Part shown: piece after piece, positions 39,698-48,700 of the stretch
Numbering within the stretch: position 1 is the stretch's first letter
How the letters are laid out: every line of letters begins with the position of its first letter
Virus record (IMG/VR): IMGVR_UViG_3300023208_000003
Location: 64,001 to 128,000 of that record
DNA length: 64,000 bases
From: a virus
Direction: 5' to 3' (one strand)
Program-made: the position numbers and the translations under genes
Notes under the pieces: generated by a model
What the model was told of the DNA's origin: nothing
Databases searched by the model: none
The model's input: only the letters and a program-made list of their open reading frames with translations

Positions 39698-40359
39698 AAG
39701 TTCAAACATTACTAGAAAGTGAAGAAAGTTTACTAACCACTCCAGGCTACGCGTATGTCACATACATCTGTTCTAGTGAGTACCCAAAGGGGCTAAAAGA
39801 AATTATTGAAGAGCTCAAACATAAGATACCTTGTACAAAATTTGTAGAAAATAAAGATAGCTACATTAATGCAGAAGAAGGTGTTGAAACGTGTAAGCTT
39901 ATCTTTCACTTTGCTTCAGGTAATGTTAGTATCAAACAACTACAAACTGACATTCGAAAGATTGTTTTCAATAAATTTGATTGGAATTTCATTAGAGGGT
40001 TTGGTAGAATTGGACTTTCTTATATTAATTTTCCAACTAGTGTAGTTGTAAATTCCGATTACATTGAAATTGATGACAATGAAAACATTGATTATGCAAC
40101 TTCTTCAACTACTCTCAAAAATATTCACAAGTCAATAAAAGGAGAAATCACGTTTCTAGAACTTCATAGAGAGATTGAAGACTCAGTTTTAGGCTTATGT
40201 CTTTTAGAACACCGTGACTTTAAAATTATGTCATCAAGTTCAAAAGTAGCCGGCACAAACGTATCTTGGGTTAAGCTTTACAGAGAACATAAAGATGATC
40301 TTCTAGAGTTTAAAACTGCTCTCATTGAAGCTGGACTTCCACATCTCGCAAAAATTTAA
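39694..40359 (+). CDS. 'YAKL' family member
   Basis: MKVQTLLE leader, C-terminus LLEFKTALIEAGLPHLAKI. Confidence 0.8.
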   Translation: MKVQTLLESEESLLTTPGYAYVTYICSSEYPKGLKEIIEELKHKIPCTKFVENKDSYINAEEGVETCKLIFHFASGNVSIKQLQTDIRKIVFNKFDWNFIRGFGRIGLSYINFPTSVVVNSDYIEIDDNENIDYATSSTTLKNIHKSIKGEITFLELHREIEDSVLGLCLLEHRDFKIMSSSSKVAGTNVSWVKLYREHKDDLLEFKTALIEAGLPHLAKI

Positions 40360-40388
40360 TTGTACCTTTTTTACGCTTATGTTATAAT
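40360..40388 (+). promoter_or_regulatory. Sigma70-type promoter
   Basis: TTGTAC-N17-TATAAT with a TGn extended -10. Confidence 0.7.
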
Positions 40389-40394
40389 AGTAAT

Positions 40395-40985
40395 ATGAGC
40401 GTAAAACTTAAGTTAACATTTTCAGCAAATGTAGATTTTTACCCATCATATACGGTAAAAATCGCGGCGGCGCTTCTTAAAGAGTTTAATGTTTCGCCTG
40501 ATCTTTGGATTTATGGTAACGCAAATTTAAATCTTGACGTTACATTCACCGATGTGCAAACTGTTAACATCAGTGAGCTAATTCATAATTATAAAAGATG
40601 TATTTTAAAAGCATTAAATCCACCAGCATCATCTTATTTAGTCTTAACCGTGATCGCGCGTAGTATCGAACTTCATGTTCCTAGCGTTACAAAAATCATA
40701 ATGGATGATAAACTTTCTGCTGGGCACAATCTTTTAAAGCTGTTTGGCACTGACTTTCATAACCTTCAAAAGGTTGCCGATCTCAACTCAACGATAGTCG
40801 TTGACATCAAGGATCACGTTAAGGCTAACGTTCTATCAATGTGTCTTCTTTCAAATTGCATGTTTAAAGTTGAAAATATTGAAAATTTAAAATGGCTTAA
40901 TTTATTTTATGATACTGATAGAGATTTATTAGCATTTAAAGCTGCTTTAATTGAGAATGGATTTTCACAATTGGCAAAAATATGA
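40395..40985 (+). CDS. 'YAKL' family member without the MK..LLE leader
   Basis: Starts MSVKLKL, C-terminus DLLAFKAALIENGFSQLAKI. Confidence 0.8.
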   Translation: MSVKLKLTFSANVDFYPSYTVKIAAALLKEFNVSPDLWIYGNANLNLDVTFTDVQTVNISELIHNYKRCILKALNPPASSYLVLTVIARSIELHVPSVTKIIMDDKLSAGHNLLKLFGTDFHNLQKVADLNSTIVVDIKDHVKANVLSMCLLSNCMFKVENIENLKWLNLFYDTDRDLLAFKAALIENGFSQLAKI

Positions 40986-41048
40986 ATATTGCTAAAGATA
41001 GTATTTTTAAACTATAGAATTTGTTCCAAAGCAATACGCTAAATTTTA

Positions 41049-41078
41049 GTGTACTTCTTCTGATTTCCTTGTTATAAT
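41049..41078 (+). promoter_or_regulatory. Sigma70-type promoter
   Basis: GTGTAC-N18-TATAAT with TGn, upstream of 41114. Confidence 0.65.
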
Positions 41079-41113
41079 GTTATCTGATAATAACAGACAA
41101 GGAGAGCACTCTC

Positions 41114-41362
41114 GTGAATCTAAAGAAAGCAAAGGCTCTACGCCGAGCCGCAAAAAATATCATTACAGGTTTAACTCAGGCCGGTCAAACTATTGAGCCA
41201 ACTGGGTACGTTGAAATTGAAAAGAACCGTAAGACCATGATGGTTGATGGCGCGTTAATTCCAATTTCAGTAGGAACCATCTTAAACGCCAAGAATACCT
41301 TCCGCGGCATCTACCGTAACCTTAAGCGCTCTGCTCGTAACCAGCGCATATTAGGCCTATAG
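41114..41362 (+). CDS. Small basic hypothetical protein
   Basis: GTG start with a strong AAGGAG SD. Confidence 0.75.
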   Translation: MNLKKAKALRRAAKNIITGLTQAGQTIEPTGYVEIEKNRKTMMVDGALIPISVGTILNAKNTFRGIYRNLKRSARNQRILGL

Positions 41363-41375
41363 GGAGACTATAAAT

Positions 41376-41585
41376 ATGCTTATTTATGATAAGATAATGT
41401 CCCTCAAGTCAGGCGACATCTTTATCGTACACGTTGACACCTATGATTTACCAAAGCCAAAGGCTCGTCAGCTTTTGCGCAAGCACCTTGTTGTGCTACG
41501 GGAACTTATTCCCAATAAAAAAATTAGAATTTTAGTGTTTGCAAAAAAATCCGTTTCGTTTTCAGTTATTCGTTCAGAAGTTTAA
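41376..41585 (+). CDS. Small hypothetical protein
   Basis: ATG with a GGGAG SD. Confidence 0.7.
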   Translation: MLIYDKIMSLKSGDIFIVHVDTYDLPKPKARQLLRKHLVVLRELIPNKKIRILVFAKKSVSFSVIRSEV

Positions 41586-41604
41586 AAGTTTAAGCCGTTT
41601 ATTT

Positions 41605-42630
41605 GTTTTGATTCTGTTTTTATAGAGGTGCTTGTGGGTTCCGGGACTTTTGTTCGCACCTCTCAAATCAAAACCTTAAAAAGGACTGCACGGTTAGATC
41701 AACAGTACAAGAACTGCCGTCCCCAATGATCTCACACTGCAATTAAGTGCGCGCTGAAGAGCTGACTAAAAAGATATAATTCGTAGGTGTTGCGAGCCTA
41801 TAGTTAAGTTTCTCGTTATTTTGCTAGAGAAATTAATATCGCACCAGAATGGGTTTACCAACTGGTAAAGTGGGTCTTGACAATGTAGCCTTGCCGCGAG
41901 AGCTGCCTGTAGAGGTTTGGAGGGGCTAATTCTTACACGCTGAAAGAAGCGTAAGGAATTAATAACTTAAAAAGAAGACATTGGTGCCTGGACTTGCCCT
42001 TGAGAGCCAATAGCTTGGGGCGCCGCAAGGCGAGGCCTGATAGTATCAGGTTGAATGGCAGGATAGACTAGCGCTTCCGTAAAGCCGACACGAGAAAGAA
42101 AGGATTTCTTTCAAGCTCATAAACGACCATATCGCGACAACCGTAAGGACTTTTTAATAAGAGCTTTTACGGTTGTCGTTCTGAATTTAATTCAGTCCGC
42201 CAAATCGTTCTTAGTGTGGAACGTAAAACGACGGGGATAAGTATCGAATTAGTAGTCGTCCACAAAAACCAGTCGAGAGATTGGTGTAGGCTACCTGGCA
42301 TAGCAAGCCAGCTTAAATAAATTTTGGTCGATAAACGCTTACTATTGTCACTCGATTAATCACTGAGGTAATCAGCTTGATTGGGTTCTACTGAAAATCC
42401 TGTTAATGGGTTTGGGCCGTCTTTATCTAAAAGACTTACAATAATGTCCCTATAATCCAATAACTACATAAAGCTAATTAAAAAGCTTCAATGCAGTGAT
42501 AAACGGGAGAGCGGTAGAGAGGTAGAGATATGTCCCGAGGAAGGTTATAGCTATATTCCTCAATCAGTTTTTAACAAAATAGATAAATTATCAAAAGAGC
42601 TTTGTTTAAATTAACCATTTTATTGGTTAG
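41605..42630 (+). ncRNA. Candidate large structured non-coding RNA, family unassigned; strand and ends inferred
   Basis: No ORF of 60 aa or more on either strand. More than a dozen stems with G-U pairs and GNRA loops (CGCC-GCAA-GGCG, ACCAGTC-GAGA-GATTGGT) that read as GNRA on the plus strand. Confidence 0.6.
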
Positions 42631-42671
42631 GCTTAAAAATTTGATATACTTCAAAAATCCTCAATCTTTCT

Positions 42672-42679
42672 GATAAATA
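42672..42679 (+). promoter_or_regulatory. T4-type late promoter (GATAAATA) inside an inverted repeat
   Basis: Motif match 28 nt upstream of 42707. Confidence 0.6.
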
Positions 42680-42706
42680 AGTCATCACCTTTATCAGATT
42701 GTCTTA

Positions 42707-43375
42707 ATGAAAACATTCAAGCGCTTTCTAACAGAAGCACCCAAAATTTATAATTCAGATCGTCATTATCCAAACGAGGATTCTGAAGATCTAATCATAA
42801 AAGGTAATATTGAAGATAGTCCTGTTATTGATTTTAGTGACTGGGTAGAGTACGATGAGCAGTATAGTCCAGGCTGTATTGTAGAAGGAAATGTTACTGT
42901 CAGTAAAATTGATTCATTTAAAACTTGTGTTGGCGCTCCAAGTAAAATTAAAAAAACTTTAACAATTCAATATTGCAAAAATTTTATTTCATTAAAAGGG
43001 TTACCTGAAAAGATCGGCGGAAATCTTTATGGATTAAACATTCGTGGTTGTACTGCGTTGACAACTTTAGAGTATTGTCCAAAACAACTTGGCGCTTATT
43101 TTAACCTTGACGGTTGTACGAGTTTAATTAGCTTGAAGTATATGCCGAAGAAAATGGATGGAGATCTGTTTTTAACGGATTGCAAAAATTTAAAAAACAT
43201 TCTTCACGTTTTTCTAACCATTGGTATTGATGAAATTCATTACGATGCTAATCAATCTAATCTAGAACAAGCGCTTTATATTATTTGTGATCATTACTTT
43301 AAAAAAGATAGGGATTTACTTGAGTGCAAAGCTGAATTGATAGAAAGAGGATTATCAGAATATGCAAAGCTTTAA
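42707..43375 (+). CDS. 'YAKL' family member, LRR-like
   Basis: MKTFKRFLTE leader, 22-aa C-x-x-L-x-(S/T)-L-x-x-x-P repeats, C-terminus DLLECKAELIERGLSEYAKL. Confidence 0.85.
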   Translation: MKTFKRFLTEAPKIYNSDRHYPNEDSEDLIIKGNIEDSPVIDFSDWVEYDEQYSPGCIVEGNVTVSKIDSFKTCVGAPSKIKKTLTIQYCKNFISLKGLPEKIGGNLYGLNIRGCTALTTLEYCPKQLGAYFNLDGCTSLISLKYMPKKMDGDLFLTDCKNLKNILHVFLTIGIDEIHYDANQSNLEQALYIICDHYFKKDRDLLECKAELIERGLSEYAKL

Positions 43376-44000
43376 ATCATATCTTCAGGAAGAAGATCCT
43401 CCAAGAATTTTCTTTGATCCTAATTATACTTTTTACGATAAGAATGACATTCATTCAATGCGTGATTTAATTCACATACAGCCTGATTATGTTACAGGGT
43501 GCATCATCAAAAATGATTTTGATATCAGCGGTTTGAAAAATATTAAGAGTTGGGATGACGGTCCATCGTATATAGCAGGAACGTTATATGCTGCAGACAC
43601 TGGTTTTACTACGCTAAAAGGAATGCCAAAATATATTGGTTCTGATATTAATCTTCGTATGTGTATGGGATTAACTACTCTTGAAGGGTGTGTTCAAGAG
43701 TGTAATGGGTATTTTGCTATTTCAAATTGTGTTAATCTAGTTTCATTAAAGTGGATGCCTAAGAAAATAACAGGAATTTTATTAATACGATTCTGTCATT
43801 CGCTAAGAGGTATTCTTTCTATTTTACTCTGTGATGGAATAATTGCAATCAAAGATGAAATTACAACAAATCAAAATAACGCGCAGCTACGTGAAGCCAT
43901 GCGAATTGTAAAAGATCATTATTTTAATCAAGATAGAGATATTCTTGAATGTAAAGCAGAACTAATTGAAAATGGATTAGGTGAGTATGCAAAGCTTTAA
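43362..44000 (+). CDS. 'YAKL' family member, LRR-like
   Basis: MQSFKSYLQE leader, LRR-like repeats, C-terminus DILECKAELIENGLGEYAKL. Confidence 0.85.
   Translation: MQSFKSYLQEEDPPRIFFDPNYTFYDKNDIHSMRDLIHIQPDYVTGCIIKNDFDISGLKNIKSWDDGPSYIAGTLYAADTGFTTLKGMPKYIGSDINLRMCMGLTTLEGCVQECNGYFAISNCVNLVSLKWMPKKITGILLIRFCHSLRGILSILLCDGIIAIKDEITTNQNNAQLREAMRIVKDHYFNQDRDILECKAELIENGLGEYAKL
43938..43976 (+). repeat. 39-nt perfect direct repeat, copy 1
   Basis: GATATTCTTGAATGTAAAGCAGAACTAATTGAAAATGGA, identical to 44557-44595. Confidence 0.9.
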
Positions 44001-44619
44001 ATCATTCCTAAATGAAGAAACTCATACAATTCGCTTTGATATTGGCGTTCCTGAATCTGTTGAAGATTTAGCTGAACTTACTGAGGTTTATAATAAAGGA
44101 CCTCAAATATACGTTCCTGGCTGTAAAATTGAAGGTGCATTTTTTGCTACTAATTCTAAAATTAAAAATTTTAAAAATGGTCCATCATACGTTCGTAAGG
44201 AAATTATGGCTGATAGATGTCGAGAGCTTGAATCTCTTGAAGGTATGTGCGATTCAGGTAGCTATGTTTCGCTTGAACGTTGTGATAAGCTTACAACGCT
44301 CGAACATATTCCAAACGTAATTCAAGGCTGGTTGAATATTAATTTTTGCTCAAGCTTAGAAACTCTCAAGCATTTTCCAAAAGCGATTATGGGTGCACTT
44401 TACATTCGTGAGTGCAACGAGATTAGAAATGTGATGCGGCTTTTGATGTGTCATCAAATTTTTAGATTCGATTTTGAAAAAGACTTTCCAGAAAATCCTC
44501 AACTGTCCGAAGCTCTTACAATTATAGCAAAAAATTATAAAAAGTCAGGCGATGCTGATATTCTTGAATGTAAAGCAGAACTAATTGAAAATGGACTAAG
44601 TGATTACGCGAAACTATAA
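43987..44619 (+). CDS. 'YAKL' family member, LRR-like
   Basis: MQSFKSFLNE start at 43987 (14-nt overlap, as for 43362), C-terminus DILECKAELIENGLSDYAKL. Confidence 0.85.
   Translation: MQSFKSFLNEETHTIRFDIGVPESVEDLAELTEVYNKGPQIYVPGCKIEGAFFATNSKIKNFKNGPSYVRKEIMADRCRELESLEGMCDSGSYVSLERCDKLTTLEHIPNVIQGWLNINFCSSLETLKHFPKAIMGALYIRECNEIRNVMRLLMCHQIFRFDFEKDFPENPQLSEALTIIAKNYKKSGDADILECKAELIENGLSDYAKL
44557..44595 (+). repeat. 39-nt perfect direct repeat, copy 2
   Basis: Identical to 43938-43976. Confidence 0.9.
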
Positions 44620-44644
44620 AGGGCAACCGAAGCTGCCCTTTATA
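44615..44644. terminator. Hairpin terminator between convergent genes
   Basis: TATAAAGGGCA-ACCGAAGC-TGCCCTTTATA inverted repeat. Confidence 0.7.
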
Positions 44645-44677
44645 ACGTCGCTAAAAGTATCTGAACTCACGACTTGA

Positions 44678-44902
44678 TTAAAACACTGGGTGCATCATTT
44701 TACCAGCAGCTTCTAAACGCTCATTTACTATTTCAATTGCAAGATCTCGCTCACCTGCAGACATTTGCAGTACTTGATCATAATCCCACCCACCCCTAGA
44801 AAACCACGCTATTTCTAAACACGTCTTAATCAGCGATCTGATTTCTTTTCCTAAGAAATTGATGTGCTGACTAACCATATTCATATCCCCAGTGTGCATC
44901 AT
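44678..44902 (-). CDS. Baseplate hub assembly protein, gp51-like
   Basis: SRGGWDYDQVLQMSAGERDLAIE, directly after the gp26-like gene. Confidence 0.65.
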   Translation of the reverse strand: MMHTGDMNMVSQHINFLGKEIRSLIKTCLEIAWFSRGGWDYDQVLQMSAGERDLAIEIVNERLEAAGKMMHPVF

Positions 44903-45693
44903 TCGGTGAAAAAAGACACTGGATTAATTGGAATTTCAGTATCAAAACTTTCACCACAATCTCTACACTCAAGCTTAACTTCAAGCTTTGGTCCCCAACT
45001 ATTTGTATTTTCAATTGCTGTGGCAATTTTACTAATGTAAGGAGCAGGTACTACCTTTAACCACTCTCTAATCATCTTCTTATCTTCAACATTATCGACG
45101 CTCTTGATAATGTTGAGAAGATTTGTCATTAACGTTTTCTGCATATCATCAGCAGTAAATTCCTTTTTAGATTCGTTAAGCTTTACAATTTCTAGCAAGT
45201 GACGATAGCGCACGGGTTGAATTAAAACCTGTTGCTCATTTCCAAGATCCACAGTATACTGTTGTGTGATAATTGCTGGATCAAGATACTCCATTGTTTG
45301 GAGCTGTTGCTCTAAATTAACCGCGTAGCTATGAGACTTTGCATTATCGCAGGTATGAATTCTATGAAGTTCATAGTTACTTCCATATGTAACTAGTCGT
45401 AAGAACAACATCACCGCATCAACGTCACGTCCAAACAATTCGTGCGGTTTAACGATATCGGGAACACAAGTTTTAAAAACTGTTTCGATAGCTGAACCAT
45501 TGAAAAGAAGATCTGGATTCTTAATTACGATTTCATCAAGCGCCGACATTGGATGCACGTGAATTTCACCGTTTGTCACACTTGACGCAAGCTCTCCATT
45601 CGTATATAAAGCCCCACGTGAAGGGAGCTGAAAGACTCGACCTGGAAGTTTGACTTTCGCAAGGAGAGGATTTGATTGAAAATTTTCTGACAT
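44899..45693 (-). CDS. Baseplate hub assembly chaperone, gp26-like
   Basis: QLPSRGALY...HPMSALDE...DVDAVMLFLRLVTYG...C-x-x-C...INPVSFF. Confidence 0.75.
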   Translation of the reverse strand: MSENFQSNPLLAKVKLPGRVFQLPSRGALYTNGELASSVTNGEIHVHPMSALDEIVIKNPDLLFNGSAIETVFKTCVPDIVKPHELFGRDVDAVMLFLRLVTYGSNYELHRIHTCDNAKSHSYAVNLEQQLQTMEYLDPAIITQQYTVDLGNEQQVLIQPVRYRHLLEIVKLNESKKEFTADDMQKTLMTNLLNIIKSVDNVEDKKMIREWLKVVPAPYISKIATAIENTNSWGPKLEVKLECRDCGESFDTEIPINPVSFFTE

Positions 45694-45712
45694 TTTTGTA
45701 TTCCTTTATGCG

Positions 45713-45720
45713 TATAAATA
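45713..45720 (+). promoter_or_regulatory. T4-type late promoter (TATAAATA) for the tape measure/portal operon
   Basis: Perfect consensus. Confidence 0.7.
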
Positions 45721-45728
45721 GACAATAC

Positions 45729-45736
45729 TATTTATC
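45729..45736 (-). promoter_or_regulatory. T4-type late promoter (GATAAATA) for the gp26-like gene
   Basis: Motif match about 36 nt upstream of 45693. Confidence 0.6.
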
Positions 45737-45756
45737 TTTGTGAGAATAACACAAAA

Positions 45757-48700
45757 ATGGCAGCATCTGACAACACCGAACTTTTAAAATCACTTGATAG
45801 ACTTCGCGGCACTATAGAAAGTTTATCAAGAATTACTGAAACATCAGAAACGCGCCGTCGCCAGCGCGTTGAAGGGGGTGGTGGTGAATTCAAACCAAAA
45901 GATGTAAAGAAGACATTTACTGAATTCTACGTGAGCGTTGGCAAAGCTTCTAAGAGTTTCAAAGATACTGCTGAGGCGATGACTGATCTTCACGAAGCAG
46001 CACATTTAACATCAGAGGAACACGATAAACTAACTGCTTCAATTTTAAAAAGCTCAAATATCATTGAACTGTATAATGATCAGACGCATAAAACAATTCG
46101 ATCAATGCGTCAATTTGATGAAGAGAATAGAAGAACGGCTGCTAATTTAGATGATGTTTTTTCGATGCTTGACAAAGAAATTAATGGTAGCACGAAAAAA
46201 TATGCTGAGCTTATAAAGCATATTAAAGACGCTAATGGTGATTATAAAAAAATACGCGGAACTGCGCTAACATATATGATGGCAATAAATGACGCAAAAG
46301 ACTCGATTAAAGGTTTTGAAAAAGGTTTAGATTCTTCACTAGAAGAAATTCAAAAAGCTTATGATGCAGCTGCAAAAAAACAAAAAGCAATTCAAGAGAA
46401 TACAAAACGTAATTATGCAGCAGCTCAGGCTGCTTCAAATATTCAGCAAAAATTTGGAGTATTTGGTGAAGCAATAACAGGTGTAGCTTCAAAAGCGGTA
46501 ATTGCTGGTGCCATTTTAACTGAGCTTTGGAAAGGCGCAAAGCTTGCGTGGGATCAATTGACGATTTTAGGTAAGGCTGGGTTAGCCTCAGAATTTGGTA
46601 ATATTTGGAATTCGTCATTTCATCTCGGTGTAAATTTTGAAAAAATGACGGCTATTACTAAAGATAGTATGGCCGCAATGCGTTTATCAAAAAAGAATAT
46701 AGATGAATTTACAAAAGAAGTGAGCGCCAATCAAAACGCACTAACTGCCTTTACTTACAGTACCGAAGATTCTGCTGCCGGGTTAATGGCAATGCGCTCA
46801 GACTTGCTTGATATGGGCGCGGCGTTTGATAACACTCCAACTCTTAACAAAGCAATGGCGTCTCAGACTGCTTCGTTTGCTAAATTGAATGCGATGACCG
46901 GCGCGTCAATGGAAGAGTTTATTCGTTTGAATAAAGAGCTTGGAACGTCATCTTCCGTTCAAATGATGCTTTTAGGGCTTGATAAAAAAGCTCGTCTTCA
47001 AAAAATTGAGGACTTAAAACAAGCACGTGAATATTATGCCACGATGGGAATGAGCGCGCAAGAAGCTCAGGAAATGGTAAAGCGCATTCAAGACATTGGT
47101 AAGGAAAAAGTAGTTGATCGTTTTGAACAAGCTGCGCAGCTTAGACGCTCTATGACAATGCTTGGAATAGCTGGAGGAGCAGAAGCTCAACAAAATTTAT
47201 TAAGTGGAAAGTTTAGAAATGATCCAGAAGCTGCTAAAAAATTGCAAGCAGCGATCCAAGCTACGCAAGTAGGGTTAGATCGCTGGAAAATGTCGAATAA
47301 TATTCAAAAAGAATTACAGGCTGACACTTTAATTGCTACTCTTGGGCCATTATTCAATCAATTTAGCGATAGCAATCGTCAAAATCAGTTACGTCAAGAG
47401 GCCGCAGACGACAAGCGTATAATTGCAGATGCCGAAGCTCGTAAGCAACAGGCGAGTGATGGAACTTTATTTTTAAAAGAACTTGGTGGTAAGTTTGACG
47501 CAATAATGAGCGGTCCTCTAGGCAATATTATTAAAGCTGGAGGTTTTGCAGCTGCAGGATTATTCGGTGGGAAACTTTGGAGCAAAGGCAAGGATTGGTT
47601 TGTAAATCGTGGCGCAAGTAAAACTGCAGAGGGCGCAGCCGAAGATGCAGGAAAAATTGCTAAAAAATCTGGCGGAAAGGTGTTAGGATTTTTAGGACGC
47701 TTCGGTGAAGCATTTGGAAAAATAGCAACTAAAATTCCGTGGGAAGGAATGGGTAGAATGCTTGGAAAAACTTTAGGCCCAATAGCAATTATAGGAGAAA
47801 GTCTTTTTAATATGTCAAAAACGGCAGAAATTTTTGGCAAGGAGGCAAATAATGTTTCTTTTAGCCAACTTCTGACTACCTACTTTATGGGTTTCCCAAA
47901 AATGATCGGTAAGATCATTGACAGTATCTTTGGAACAGATGCAGAGTCTCTTTTTGACACTTCAACAATTGTAATTTCACGATTTTTTACTGATCTTTAT
48001 GATGGGGTTGTTGACTTTTTTCAATATTCGTGGGACTTAGTGACTGGTCACGGCTCAGATTTGTTTGATAAACTTTCACTTGTTATGAAACGTGTTATTC
48101 ATTCATTCGGCAATATTATGTCAAATATTGCTGATATGATGCAAGAAGCACCTGACACAATTTTCTCAATGTATGATCGTTATTTTGGTGATGATGAGGC
48201 AAAAGAACGATCACGAAAATATGATGAAGTAAGAGCTAAAGCTAAAACCGAAAGAGATGCTCAGCACGCTCAAGATAATAAAGCGTTTGAAGATTCAATA
48301 AAAGCAGAAATGCAAAAAATAACACAAAAGCGCGCAGAATCTGACGCTGCATTTAAAGCGCAACAGGCTTCAAAAAAATCTGAAAAAGATAAACAGCGTG
48401 CTCAAGAAGATGACGCATTTGTTCAAACAATGGTCAACAGAAATAGAAAGAAAGCAGCCGATGCAGCGAAAAAGGATGCTGAAGAAGCAGCAGCTAAGAA
48501 TAAAAATGCCAACAACGCACTTAGTCAGCTAATGTCAGACCCTAAATCATTCCTTGGTTTGACAAACTGGGCAAATTTGAGTAACAATTTAGCTCAAACT
48601 GTAACTTCTGGAGGAACTACAGGAATTTCAGGTGGGCCGACTATAAATAGCAACGTAGCTCCAATAGTTGCCGCTCAAGCAGCAACTTCTTCCGGAAATG

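Noticed and set aside
40982-41017. ATGA-coupled mini-ORF MNIAKDSIFKL after the last array member
   Set aside because: Only 11 codons. It could be a collapsed cassette remnant but is not distinguishable from chance.
41730-42100. Group I (AAGATATAAT, AGACTA) or group II (GTGCG at 41747) intron motifs in the structured region
   Set aside because: The group I-like elements are in the wrong order and lack the P7 G-C binding pair. I found no domain V on either strand and no interrupted host gene.
42480-42565. RNase P (GAGGAAGG resembles GAGGAAAGUC), tmRNA or tRNA identity
   Set aside because: Only a partial match. I found no other RNase P conserved regions, no tRNA-like ends and no T-loop motif.
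35042-44619. Diversity-generating retroelement or CRISPR array explaining the repeats
   Set aside because: No reverse transcriptase, no adenine-specific TR/VR pair and no regularly spaced repeat-spacer units. The repeats are coding 3' ends.
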